A stretch of DNA of 42,009 nt, taken from sequence record SRR22947725_1543; one strand, given 5' to 3'. This document shows, in pieces, positions 7,808-16,888 of this stretch. A program made the translations under genes and the position numbers. Numbering within the stretch: position 1 is the first letter of the stretch; each line of letters begins with the position of its first letter. The notes beneath the pieces were generated by a model that worked only from the letters and a program-made list of their open reading frames with translations, did not search any database and was not told the DNA's origin.

Positions 7808-9694
7808 TTAAGAAATAAGGTTCGTAGCACCTACTTTGGCCAATTCTTGCATCGCCATAAATACATCCATGGCATTATGCTCACGCATGCATAAAGGCAA
7901 TTCTTCTCCACAAAGCCACTCCTCGGCATTTTGGTACCAGCACTCAGCACATGAAGTTTTTAGAAGCTTGACATGATCCCCTTTTGCACAATAGCCCCAA
8001 TCGGAAGATGCTATGCATAAGCCAACAGTCTTGATCCCCATTGCAGCAGCTAAGTGCTGTGGCCCAGTCGCCACAGATACGACATACTCCGCTGAAGCTA
8101 CAAATTCTCCATATGCCTGTGGGCTTTCAAAATGTTGATCTCCTAGTAAAACTTCGTAACCTTTAAATTCTAAATAATTCTGCAAATCTTTGGTATACGA
8201 CTCTTTCAAAGATCGCTGTGGTGTAGAGCCTGTCGGGAAAATAATAACTCGCCCCTTAACTTCTGCAGCAGGGCGCTTTAGCCTAAATTGAGGATCCTTT
8301 ATGCGAACTCCTAAGGCGGCGCCTATAGACTCTGTCACATTGAGCTTACCAAAACTCTCTGCAATTGAAGGTGAACCCCACTTTCGAACGTGAAATGAGG
8401 CCTTTTTTTCCCCCAATAACTGACTGACAATTGGGCAAACACGTGTTTTCGGCGTAATCTCCCTCGTGACTTCTAAATCCTCATCATCAAGAAGATCGTA
8501 GACCAATTGGCCAACAAAGGTAGGCGGAATATAAAGCCGCATTCCCGTTTGCTTGGCGACAGGAATCGCAAACAACAAGTCACCCATTGGCGTATCTTTT
8601 ACATAAAAATCTTCAAAAGCCTTATTTATCGTTAAAGGTAATAAAGTAAGTTGCACTTCATCCATCACATCTGTCTCAACAGAGCCAGACCCTTTGATAT
8701 ACTCTGGTATTGTTTTGGGCATTAATTTCATCTGCCCTAAGTCATCAATTAACATTAAAGGTGGCGGCTGGAAGTCTTCTAATTGACGAGCTTTTAGGAC
8801 TTCCCAATCTTTCTGCATGATCTCAACTTTAGCATCATATAACTCTTCCTTGGAAATATCCTTCATAAAGCCATTTCCTGCATAGTGTATGATATAGCTC
8901 TTAGAAAAGTCTCTCCCACACATATCCATGTGATTAAAATAATAAGGTAGTCTACAAGTCTTAAAACCAGCCTTCACTAGACGATAATTATATTCACTTT
9001 GTTCGCCTGCAGGAGCTATAATATACTTACCCACTGCTTGTTTAAAAAGAGGCCGATGAATCCATGAATAAACTCCCATCCCTGAATTTAAATACCCCTG
9101 ACGCCAATTGATATCACCCAACTGTTGTTGAGCTTGTACAATTATATTTTCTCGAGAAGCAACTTCATCTTCAAAGAATCCACAGAGGCGATCATAAGGA
9201 AGCATCGCAAATAAATCCGGACAATCTGGAGTTACGAGTATATCACCATCCAAAAATAGAATGCGATCATACTCAAATAAATAAGCAAACATTTGCCACT
9301 TCTCAAAATGTAGCCGAGCCATATTCCATAAAGGCTTATCTATGCAAATATAGTCAGCTCCTACCTTCTCAGCATAAGCCTTAAAAGTCGGCTCTGAAAT
9401 GGCTTTCATGCTATCATATTTTTCACCTATACTCAAAGTAACTACAGCAAGCTTAAGTTTATCTGGAGCCGGAATCGCCTCGGACTTTAAGGTTAAAGAA
9501 GAAAACTCACTGCACGGCCGGTGAAAATCAACATAATTAAACAGGTCAAGCTCTTCACTAAAAACTTGGCTTACACGTTGCCCGTTACTAATTAAAGCTC
9601 TGTCTATTACAGAAACTAATTCTGCTATAATAGTATTTGAATCCAGTGGTATCTCTAATTTATCACCATCTAAATCCACTGTCGGAAAACTCAT
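7808..9694 (-). CDS. Bifunctional glycosyltransferase (GT8-like plus GT9-like); start reassigned to ATG at 9694
   Basis: GT-A motifs ILFLDGDIL, YLNSG, GEQ, IIHYAG. GT9 motifs GDLLFAIP, TGPQHLAAAMGIKTVGL and a Cys cluster CAEC..C..CM. A sigma-54 site lies inside the longer ORF extension, favouring the later start. Confidence 0.8.
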   Translation of the reverse strand: MSFPTVDLDGDKLEIPLDSNTIIAELVSVIDRALISNGQRVSQVFSEELDLFNYVDFHRPCSEFSSLTLKSEAIPAPDKLKLAVVTLSIGEKYDSMKAISEPTFKAYAEKVGADYICIDKPLWNMARLHFEKWQMFAYLFEYDRILFLDGDILVTPDCPDLFAMLPYDRLCGFFEDEVASRENIIVQAQQQLGDINWRQGYLNSGMGVYSWIHRPLFKQAVGKYIIAPAGEQSEYNYRLVKAGFKTCRLPYYFNHMDMCGRDFSKSYIIHYAGNGFMKDISKEELYDAKVEIMQKDWEVLKARQLEDFQPPPLMLIDDLGQMKLMPKTIPEYIKGSGSVETDVMDEVQLTLLPLTINKAFEDFYVKDTPMGDLLFAIPVAKQTGMRLYIPPTFVGQLVYDLLDDEDLEVTREITPKTRVCPIVSQLLGEKKASFHVRKWGSPSIAESFGKLNVTESIGAALGVRIKDPQFRLKRPAAEVKGRVIIFPTGSTPQRSLKESYTKDLQNYLEFKGYEVLLGDQHFESPQAYGEFVASAEYVVSVATGPQHLAAAMGIKTVGLCIASSDWGYCAKGDHVKLLKTSCAECWYQNAEEWLCGEELPLCMREHNAMDVFMAMQELAKVGATNLIS

Positions 9695-9730
9695 ATTATC
9701 ACCCAAAATATTAACACCCGTAAGCAAATC

Positions 9731-9746
9731 GCAATGGACATGCCAA
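9731..9746 (-). promoter_or_regulatory. Sigma-54 (-24/-12) promoter
   Basis: Minus strand TTGGCATGTCCATTGC matches TGGCAYG-N4-TTGC with exact GG-N10-GC spacing, 36 bp upstream of ATG 9694. Confidence 0.7.
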
Positions 9747-9852
9747 TACCCCCAAACTCTATAGAACGGCATTCATGCCAATTGTCCAAAAGATAAAGAA
9801 GAAATAGAATATCCATTAACAAAATTCATGTCAGATATTGAATAATTAACAC

Positions 9853-9875
9853 ATGTGACATATTTATAGTTACAT
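9853..9875. promoter_or_regulatory. Imperfect palindrome, candidate transcription factor or enhancer site
   Basis: ATGTGAC-N9-GTTACAT in the divergent intergenic region. Confidence 0.35.
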
Positions 9876-9901
9876 TATAACATCTAGACAAGGTCGAACT
9901 T

Positions 9902-11173
9902 ATGGATATCAACAGACGACAGGCCCTCAAAGGCGCCGCTGCGATCAGCGCCTTTCAAATCGTACCCAGAAGATTATTAGGCGGGCAAGGCTACATCCCC
10001 CCTAGCGAAGAACTGACAAGAGGCATTATCGGCTGTGGTGGTATTTCTAGAGCTCATCTTGGTTATAGAGGCGCTAGAATTATTGGCCTTTGCGATGTGG
10101 ACCAAGGTCGACTGGCGGGACAGAAGAGCAAATGTGAAAGCCGCGGCAACAAAAGCATTACCGGTCATACTGATTTCCGTGAAATGATCGCCAGAGATGA
10201 CATTGACATCATCACAGTTGCCACCCCTCCTCACTGGCATGCACTCATGTCTATCATGGCAGCGGAAGCCGGCAAAGACGTCTGGTGTGAAAAGCCTATG
10301 ACTCGGACAATTGCCGAAGGTAAAAGAGTTATCGAGGCCTGCCGTAAAAATGGTACAATCTTCAGAATTAATACCTGGTTCCGCTTTACTGGTAACTTCT
10401 ACGGCTTCGGCTCAACTGTAAAAGAAATTAAAAAATTAGTCGACTCAGGACTTCTGGGTGGACCTCTGAAGTTCACTGTTGGTAAAGGGCAAGGCTTTAA
10501 TTGGAAGCATAACTGGAGTGGTAAAGCAGAATTGCCACGCCAAGACATTCCTAAAGGTTTTAACTACGACATGTGGCTTGGACCTGCACCCTACAAGCCT
10601 TACAGTAGACACCGAACTCACGGTACTTTCCGTGGTTATTGGGACTATGATGGCGGCGGCCTAGGAGATATGGGCATGCACTATCTCGATCCCGTCCAAT
10701 ATATCATGGGCAAAGACGAAACTAGTCCTGTTAAAGTTGAAGTTGACACCGACGACCAACACCCGGATGCCGTAGGCAGTTGGCGTCGGATTGTCATGAC
10801 TTATGCTGATGGAACAGAACTCCATCTCGATGGCGATGGCTCTCTTGAAAACAAACCTTTTATCGAAGGACCTAAGGGTAAAGTCTTTAGGGGCTTTAAA
10901 TCCGACATCCCAAATCTTAGAGAGCAACTCAAGGGTTTTCCTGATCCTAAACCTCAAAATGATAACTTCTACCAATGCGTCAGAAGTAGAGAAAAATTTG
11001 CTCTCAACGAGGAAAATGCCCACCGATCTACCACTATTGTCAATATAGGAAAGATTGCTCTACGCCTCAATCGTACCCTAAAGTTTGACCCGGTTAAACA
11101 AGAGTTTATCGGAGATGATGCCGCTAATAGACTTGTCGATCAACCCAATCGATCCCCCTGGAATCTTATTTAA
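9902..11173 (+). CDS. Tat-exported Gfo/Idh/MocA family oxidoreductase
   Basis: Twin-Arg signal INRRQALK, GIIGCGG, ATPPHWH, CEKP, YDMWLGPAP, FRGYWDYDGGGLGDMGMHYLD. Confidence 0.93.
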   Translation: MDINRRQALKGAAAISAFQIVPRRLLGGQGYIPPSEELTRGIIGCGGISRAHLGYRGARIIGLCDVDQGRLAGQKSKCESRGNKSITGHTDFREMIARDDIDIITVATPPHWHALMSIMAAEAGKDVWCEKPMTRTIAEGKRVIEACRKNGTIFRINTWFRFTGNFYGFGSTVKEIKKLVDSGLLGGPLKFTVGKGQGFNWKHNWSGKAELPRQDIPKGFNYDMWLGPAPYKPYSRHRTHGTFRGYWDYDGGGLGDMGMHYLDPVQYIMGKDETSPVKVEVDTDDQHPDAVGSWRRIVMTYADGTELHLDGDGSLENKPFIEGPKGKVFRGFKSDIPNLREQLKGFPDPKPQNDNFYQCVRSREKFALNEENAHRSTTIVNIGKIALRLNRTLKFDPVKQEFIGDDAANRLVDQPNRSPWNLI

Positions 11174-11183
11174 GGAGCCCACT

Positions 11184-13571
11184 ATGCACAAATTTTTACT
11201 CACTGCCCTCTTCATCAATTCTGTCTACGGACAAAGCACTCCTGAACTCTGCCAAAAACTCGCCAATAACGGCTCTGGCAAAGATTCACAAGCACGAACT
11301 GTCCTGATGAAAAAAACACACAATATTGCGTTTAAAAGTCAAAACGAACAAGCAAAGCATGAACTCGCACTTCTTCAGGCACTCATTAAAACGAAAGACC
11401 AAGGACTCGCGACATTTTACCTTCAACAACTCGAGCTGTGCGGTTCTAAAGCCAGTATACCTGTAATCGGTAAGCTTCTTAAGAATAAGTTTTTGGGTTC
11501 TAACGCAGCACGAACTTTAATCGAGTTAGCCCAATACGATCTAAGCACCACTAATGAAATCTTAATAAAAGCTCATAACTCGGCTCAAGACGAAACCAAG
11601 CTCTATATTATTAACGCCATGTCCGTGTTAGGACTAAAAGACTCACGTGCTATGAAAATCTACCATAGCTCTCTTAAGGTTGAGGACTTAAAAAAAGTAG
11701 CCTTACAAGGGCTCGCTATGGCAGGTGATCGTTCAGACCAGAAGACATTCATCTCTGCCTTTGCTAAAGCTGCAAAAACAGCTCGTGGAACAGCATTTCG
11801 CCTCAACCTCGTTTTTGCCAAAAATTTAGCTCGAAGCAACAAAGGTACCGCCAACCAGCACCTCCTAAAACTTCGCACTCTAATTGGTAAAAATGAAGTT
11901 CCTTACCAAGCTGGAATTGTTGCTACTACTATTGAGATAAATGGCATACGTGAACAAACTATCACCTCTCTTTTAGATGCAAACATCCATACTCAAAGTG
12001 CATTCCTTCGCATTCTCAAAATGCACAACTTCAAGAAATCGACTGCACTTTTCAAAAATATTGTAGATAAGAATCCAAACCAGAGTTTTTACCTAGAAGC
12101 CTTCGCTGCGGTTAATCAAGAGGCTGCCAAAAATTACATTTCTTCTGCTCTAAGTAGTCAAAATCAAGAACTCAAAAATAGTGCTGGAAAACTGGCCATT
12201 GACTTTGGGAGTGACTTCACTCCGGCGCTCATTACAACTCTCATGGCAAAAGGCGAATTCAGTAAAGAAGATATTAAAATTGCCAAAAGTATGATTCATC
12301 CGGCAAAAATAAGTGAAGTGACTTCTCTTTGGAAGAATCTTTCACCGACAATAGAACTCGCTTTCATTAGCATGACTGAAAATATCCGCCAACCGGAAGT
12401 CGCTACAAAAGTACTCAGTGCCGCAGAAAGCAAAGATAGCAAAGTCAAAAAAGAAGCTCAAAAGGTTCTTAAAAATGTTGTCTCAGCTCGCGACTTACCA
12501 AAACTAAGAAAACTCTTAGACAAAGAAACAAACTCTAGCGCGGTACGCTATATACAGGCAGGCCTCTCCAGCTCTTTGGCTCAAAGTGATAAAAAAACTA
12601 TTGATCAAATAGCTCGAGAGTTAAGCCAAAAGCGCCATGACAAACTTCTAGTAGCTTTAGCTAAAAGTAATCAACCGCAAGTATTACCTCTTCTCAAGAA
12701 AGACCTCACAAATAGCAAGCCAAACCTACAGAAAGAAGCCATTAAGAGCCTAAGTTCGATGAAAGCTGAGCTCAATTTAGAGGCCCTTGTATTTGCGGTT
12801 GAGAAAGTTTCTGATGAGAGAAATAAAATTCTTGCAGTCCGAGCTTTAGCTAATTCGTTAAATCAAAGTACTCAACCAGTCTCGATGAAAAAAGCTTTTC
12901 TTGAACGCGCCCTAAAGAGCAAACTTCAGCCTAATGAAGCTAAAATGATGCGAGATATTCTTAAAAAGATATCACCAGCTTCTAAAAAGAAGAAAAAAGC
13001 TAAAGCCAAACCATCCGAATCAACAAAAACCTACAGCCCACTTTTTAATGGCAAAGACTTAAATCAGTGGGACAACCAAGGTGATTATAAAGTTGTCGAT
13101 GGCGTCATCTCAGGAGCAAATGGTAAACTATGGAGTAAGAAAACCTATAGTAACTTTAGTTTAAAATTTGAATTTAAACTTGAGCCAGGGACAAACAACG
13201 GCTTAGCAATACGTACCCCTAAAGGACAAAAACCTTTAGAATTACAGATTATCGACAACCCTCATCCAAGATATGCTAAAATTAAAGACTATCAGCGTCA
13301 TGGGTCGATCTACAGCTACGTCCCGGCAAAAATAGGCTTTCTTAAAAAGGCGGGTGAATGGAATAAACAAGAGGTCATATGTGATGGTTCAATGGTCAGC
13401 GTCATCCTCAATGGCACAATAATCCTCGAAGCCGATTTAAGTACCGTCAAACCTCAGCCTGGTAGCCGCTATAAAGTTAAATATATCAATGACGCGAAAG
13501 AAGGTCATATTGGTTTTCTTGGGCATAAAGCTCCTATTCAGTTCAGAGCCATCGAGATTAAGGAATTATAA
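11184..13571 (+). CDS. Secreted HEAT-repeat protein with C-terminal DUF1080 (3-keto-disaccharide hydrolase-like) domain; start reassigned to 11184
   Basis: AAGGAG RBS before ATG 11184; signal peptide; helical repeats; Lys-rich linker; DUF1080 motifs PLFNGKDL..W, NNGL, ELQIID, HGSIY, GEWN..EV, GHIGFLGH, FRAIEIKEL. Confidence 0.88.
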   Translation: MHKFLLTALFINSVYGQSTPELCQKLANNGSGKDSQARTVLMKKTHNIAFKSQNEQAKHELALLQALIKTKDQGLATFYLQQLELCGSKASIPVIGKLLKNKFLGSNAARTLIELAQYDLSTTNEILIKAHNSAQDETKLYIINAMSVLGLKDSRAMKIYHSSLKVEDLKKVALQGLAMAGDRSDQKTFISAFAKAAKTARGTAFRLNLVFAKNLARSNKGTANQHLLKLRTLIGKNEVPYQAGIVATTIEINGIREQTITSLLDANIHTQSAFLRILKMHNFKKSTALFKNIVDKNPNQSFYLEAFAAVNQEAAKNYISSALSSQNQELKNSAGKLAIDFGSDFTPALITTLMAKGEFSKEDIKIAKSMIHPAKISEVTSLWKNLSPTIELAFISMTENIRQPEVATKVLSAAESKDSKVKKEAQKVLKNVVSARDLPKLRKLLDKETNSSAVRYIQAGLSSSLAQSDKKTIDQIARELSQKRHDKLLVALAKSNQPQVLPLLKKDLTNSKPNLQKEAIKSLSSMKAELNLEALVFAVEKVSDERNKILAVRALANSLNQSTQPVSMKKAFLERALKSKLQPNEAKMMRDILKKISPASKKKKKAKAKPSESTKTYSPLFNGKDLNQWDNQGDYKVVDGVISGANGKLWSKKTYSNFSLKFEFKLEPGTNNGLAIRTPKGQKPLELQIIDNPHPRYAKIKDYQRHGSIYSYVPAKIGFLKKAGEWNKQEVICDGSMVSVILNGTIILEADLSTVKPQPGSRYKVKYINDAKEGHIGFLGHKAPIQFRAIEIKEL

Positions 13572-13651
13572 AATAAAGTTTTATATATAAATATGTAACA
13601 TTAAGACAAACAGCAGCGTACTGATACAATATCATAAAACATGAGACTTAA

Positions 13652-14755
13652 ATGAAACTCTTCGTCCTATTATTGTTAGTATCATCATTAGCTGCTGTTG
13701 AACCTGGTTCATTTGAAGAGAAATCTTCTTCTTACAGCTGGAAATGCCAAGAAATTCAAGAATTACCGAATGTCCTCATTCTTGGTGATTCCATCTCCAT
13801 AGGCTACACTCTACAAGTCCGTCAATACCTCAAAAACATTGCCAATGTGCATCGACCCATTACGCCAGAAGGTGGACCTGAAAATTGTGGATCTTCAAGT
13901 AAATCAAGAGAACGTCTAGCGGCATGGTTAGCTGGCAAGAAATGGGATATCGTTCACTTCAATGCAGGCCTGCACGACTTAAAACGAGTCGCCAAATCGG
14001 GTAAATCTACCGCTCAAACTCCCGTTGCCACACCCCTAGAAGATTATAGACAGAATTTACAGGCCATAGTCAGCCTCCTCAAAAAGCACTGTAAAAAAAT
14101 AATCTTTGCATCGACAACGGCCTATCCTCAAGGAGTGACTCCACTTCGCCTCCCTAAAGATGCCAAAATCTATAATGATATTGCGACTGAAGTTATGATT
14201 AAAAATCAAATCCCGATTAATGACCTCTACGCTCTAACCGTTGACCGTCTAGCTGAGATGCAAATGCCAAAAAATGTTCACTTCAAAGAAAAGGGTTCAG
14301 CCATACTCGGCAAACAAGTTGCAAGCGTCATTGCTCGAGACCTCAAATTGGGCTCATTAAAAATCCCACCTTATGATACCGCCTCCGAAGCACAAAAAGC
14401 CGCTCGAGAGCTGCTATCTAAGAAAAAATATAATGATGCAGAACAAGCTTTACTTTTCGCCGCGGCACTCAGCACAAATACCATCAGTAAAGCAAGGTGC
14501 ATAAGCCAAATCTCAAGCATTTATATCAATGACGAAGAATGGGACAGGGCCTGTCAGCTTTTAAAACAAGTCAAAGCACCGACTCACAATCATCCATTTG
14601 GAAACGTCATTCGGCTGAGTCTTTTAAGGTGCTTAATTAAAATGGGAAAACCAGCAGAAGCACATAACCTAGTTAAAGAAATCAAAAAGCTAAAGCTTAC
14701 ACCATCTCAGCTTAAAACCTTAGGGTTTATGGAAAAGGCTCTGGGTCAAATTTAG
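13652..14755 (+). CDS. Secreted SGNH/GDSL hydrolase with C-terminal TPR-like helices
   Basis: Signal peptide; ILGDSISIGY, FNAGLHD, NVHF; helical C-terminus of about 120 aa. Confidence 0.85.
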   Translation: MKLFVLLLLVSSLAAVEPGSFEEKSSSYSWKCQEIQELPNVLILGDSISIGYTLQVRQYLKNIANVHRPITPEGGPENCGSSSKSRERLAAWLAGKKWDIVHFNAGLHDLKRVAKSGKSTAQTPVATPLEDYRQNLQAIVSLLKKHCKKIIFASTTAYPQGVTPLRLPKDAKIYNDIATEVMIKNQIPINDLYALTVDRLAEMQMPKNVHFKEKGSAILGKQVASVIARDLKLGSLKIPPYDTASEAQKAARELLSKKKYNDAEQALLFAAALSTNTISKARCISQISSIYINDEEWDRACQLLKQVKAPTHNHPFGNVIRLSLLRCLIKMGKPAEAHNLVKEIKKLKLTPSQLKTLGFMEKALGQI

Positions 14756-14872
14756 GCCTTTAAAAAATGGCGGGCTTTAATCGCTGGCCATTTTAATTCA
14801 CTTTTCATCAAATGAATACGTCAATTGGTACATCATATGCGCCATCCTAAAATTAGAACAAGGATGGGAAAT

Positions 14873-14971
14873 ATGGTTACCTTAAAACAAAAAATAGCTT
14901 TTGCACTGATGCTTAATCTTCTCTTCATCAGCTATGCTTACTGGTATATGAAATACATCATCAATCAATAA
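14873..14971 (+). CDS. Candidate small membrane protein (32 aa; 44 aa from alternative ATG at 14837)
   Basis: MVTLKQKIAFALMLNLLFISYAYWYMKYIINQ*, preceded by purine-rich AAGGATGGGAAAT; one hydrophobic helix. Below the ORF-track size cut-off. Confidence 0.4.
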   Translation: MVTLKQKIAFALMLNLLFISYAYWYMKYIINQ

Positions 14972-15005
14972 AAAAGCTACTGAATGATTAGATCATCCAG
15001 TAGCT
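14970..15005 (-). terminator. Intrinsic terminator of the GntP-sulfatase-dehydrogenase operon
   Basis: Minus strand AGCTACTGGATGAT-CTA-ATCATTCAGTAGCT followed by TTTTT. Confidence 0.8.
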
Positions 15006-15027
15006 CAGATAAAGACTAAATTAGTAA

Positions 15028-15807
15028 TTATACCGTTGCTTTAGTCGCACCAGTACTGATACCACCATCGACCAACAAAGTCTGACCCGTTACATACTCA
15101 CTTGATTCTGAAGCTAGGAACACAACTGCCCCATCTAAATCATTAGGCTTACCTGGACGGCCAGCAGGAATACGGTCACAAATATACTCAAGCCACTCTT
15201 CGTTTTCATAAAGAACTTTATTCTGCTCAGTCTTAAACCAACCTGGAGCCAAACAATTAACGGTAACACCAGATTTACCCCAATCATCAGCAAGACTCAT
15301 AGTCAACTGCTTGACACCGCCACGACTGGCACAGTAAGGCCCAAGACCGGCATATCCTGCTACACTCGTTACTGAGCCAATATTGATAATGCGTCCATAC
15401 TCGGCGTCTACCATATGACGTCCAACTTCCTGAGCAACGAAAAAAGTACCGCGAAGGTTGGTATTTAAAATAAGATTCCAATCATCCCAAGTCACATCAA
15501 GTGCGGGTTTTCTAACATTACAGCCGGCATTATTCACCAAGATGTCGATTTTACCATAATGCGCCATGGTTTCAGCAACCATATTCTTAATACTATCGTG
15601 ATCATGCACATCTAAAGCAACCGCAAAAGCTTTACGGCCAAGGGCTTCAATTTCCTGCTGAAAGTCGACAAGATCTTCTTTTTTTCTAGCTGTAATAACC
15701 AAATCAGCTCCTGCCTTCGCCAAAGCACGGCCAAAATACTGACCTAAGCCACGGCTGGCGCCAGTCACAATGGCAACGCGACCTGATAAATCAAAAAGTT
15801 CACTCAT
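15028..15807 (-). CDS. SDR oxidoreductase, gluconate 5-dehydrogenase / KduD-like
   Basis: LFDLSGRVAIVTGASRGLG, NNAG, INIGS, Y..S(R)GG, APGWFKT, RIPAGR.G.P.DL.GA.VFLAS. Confidence 0.88.
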   Translation of the reverse strand: MSELFDLSGRVAIVTGASRGLGQYFGRALAKAGADLVITARKKEDLVDFQQEIEALGRKAFAVALDVHDHDSIKNMVAETMAHYGKIDILVNNAGCNVRKPALDVTWDDWNLILNTNLRGTFFVAQEVGRHMVDAEYGRIINIGSVTSVAGYAGLGPYCASRGGVKQLTMSLADDWGKSGVTVNCLAPGWFKTEQNKVLYENEEWLEYICDRIPAGRPGKPNDLDGAVVFLASESSEYVTGQTLLVDGGISTGATKATV

Positions 15808-15816
15808 TTAAATCTC

Positions 15817-16854
15817 CTAAGCGTAAGGTTGTAAAATAACTTTATTTAAACCGGCCTCACGGCTATATAGGCGATCAAACCATTCCTGGCCTTTAGTCAT
15901 CGGTTCTACAGCACTTATGGCGTCACTTACATCGATATCACCACGCTCAAGAAACTCTAAACAGGCAGGATACTCACCAGCAGAAGCGCAAGATCCCTGG
16001 ATCTTTAATTCACGTGTAACGACCTTTTGCAAAGGAAGGTTTATAGTTGGCGAGATATTACCAATGATCGTCATTGCCCCGCCTTTTCTGAGGCAGTCAA
16101 TTCCCATATTAATTGTGGCATCGGCACCAACGGCTTCGATAACGACATCTGCCATCTTTCCACCGGTGATCTTTTCAACTTCAGCAACTACATCGACATT
16201 GCCGCTATTTAGACCATAGTCTGCACCGTGCTTACATGATTTAGCTAAACGATCGTCATCAAGATCAACAACAACAAGTTTAGCAGCGCCTACTAGCCTG
16301 ACCGATTGTACGACCATTTGACCAATAATACCGGCGCCGATGACGACAACTGTGCTACCCAGCTTAATATCTGTAATATTTACGGCATGAAAAGCTATCG
16401 ATAGAGGTTCTACCATACAGGCCTTCGCGAAGTCTAGATTTTTACCAAACTTGTAAAGTACCCGTGGAGGCAAACTTATATATTCGGCAAAAGCTCCAGC
16501 ACTTTTATATTCATCACAAGAAACCCCAATAACGCGGCGATCTTCACAAAGGTTGATATCTCCAGATTGGCAGAATTCACAAACTCCACAGTAAACTGTA
16601 GAATCAAAAGTAACTCTTTCACCAACAGCATAGCCGCTCACATCTGAACCGACTTCAACTATACTTCCTGAAGCTTCATGGCCCATTACCATTGGCGGCT
16701 GACGTCTACCAGTACTGCCATCCATACCGTGAACATCGCTACCGCAAATACCACAGGCCTCTATCTTGATTAAAACTTCGTCTGTAGGACACGACGGCTT
16801 TTCGACGTCCTGTACCTCAAAACTATTATATTTGGTTAAAACTAAAGCTTTCAT
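15817..16854 (-). CDS. Zn-dependent (MDR) polyol/sugar-acid dehydrogenase
   Basis: GICGSDVH, GHEASG, structural Zn motif CGVCEFC..C, GAGIIG. Confidence 0.92.
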   Translation of the reverse strand: MKALVLTKYNSFEVQDVEKPSCPTDEVLIKIEACGICGSDVHGMDGSTGRRQPPMVMGHEASGSIVEVGSDVSGYAVGERVTFDSTVYCGVCEFCQSGDINLCEDRRVIGVSCDEYKSAGAFAEYISLPPRVLYKFGKNLDFAKACMVEPLSIAFHAVNITDIKLGSTVVVIGAGIIGQMVVQSVRLVGAAKLVVVDLDDDRLAKSCKHGADYGLNSGNVDVVAEVEKITGGKMADVVIEAVGADATINMGIDCLRKGGAMTIIGNISPTINLPLQKVVTRELKIQGSCASAGEYPACLEFLERGDIDVSDAISAVEPMTKGQEWFDRLYSREAGLNKVILQPYA

Positions 16855-16888
16855 AAAAAATTCCTCTTCTCTTCACACGCCGAAGTTA

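Noticed and set aside
7034-9758. Near-identical ATACCCCC(C)AAACT at 7034-7047 and 9746-9758 as possible island-flanking direct repeats
   Set aside because: Short, differs by an indel, and there is no integrase, transposase or tRNA nearby.
9695-9772. N-terminal extension of the glycosyltransferase ORF
   Set aside because: It contains the sigma-54 promoter; ATG 9694 is the better start.
11085-11183. Longer TTG start for the HEAT-DUF1080 ORF
   Set aside because: It overlaps the oxidoreductase; the RBS and signal peptide begin at 11184. The same reasoning was applied to starts at 5310, 33338, 35658 and 41610.
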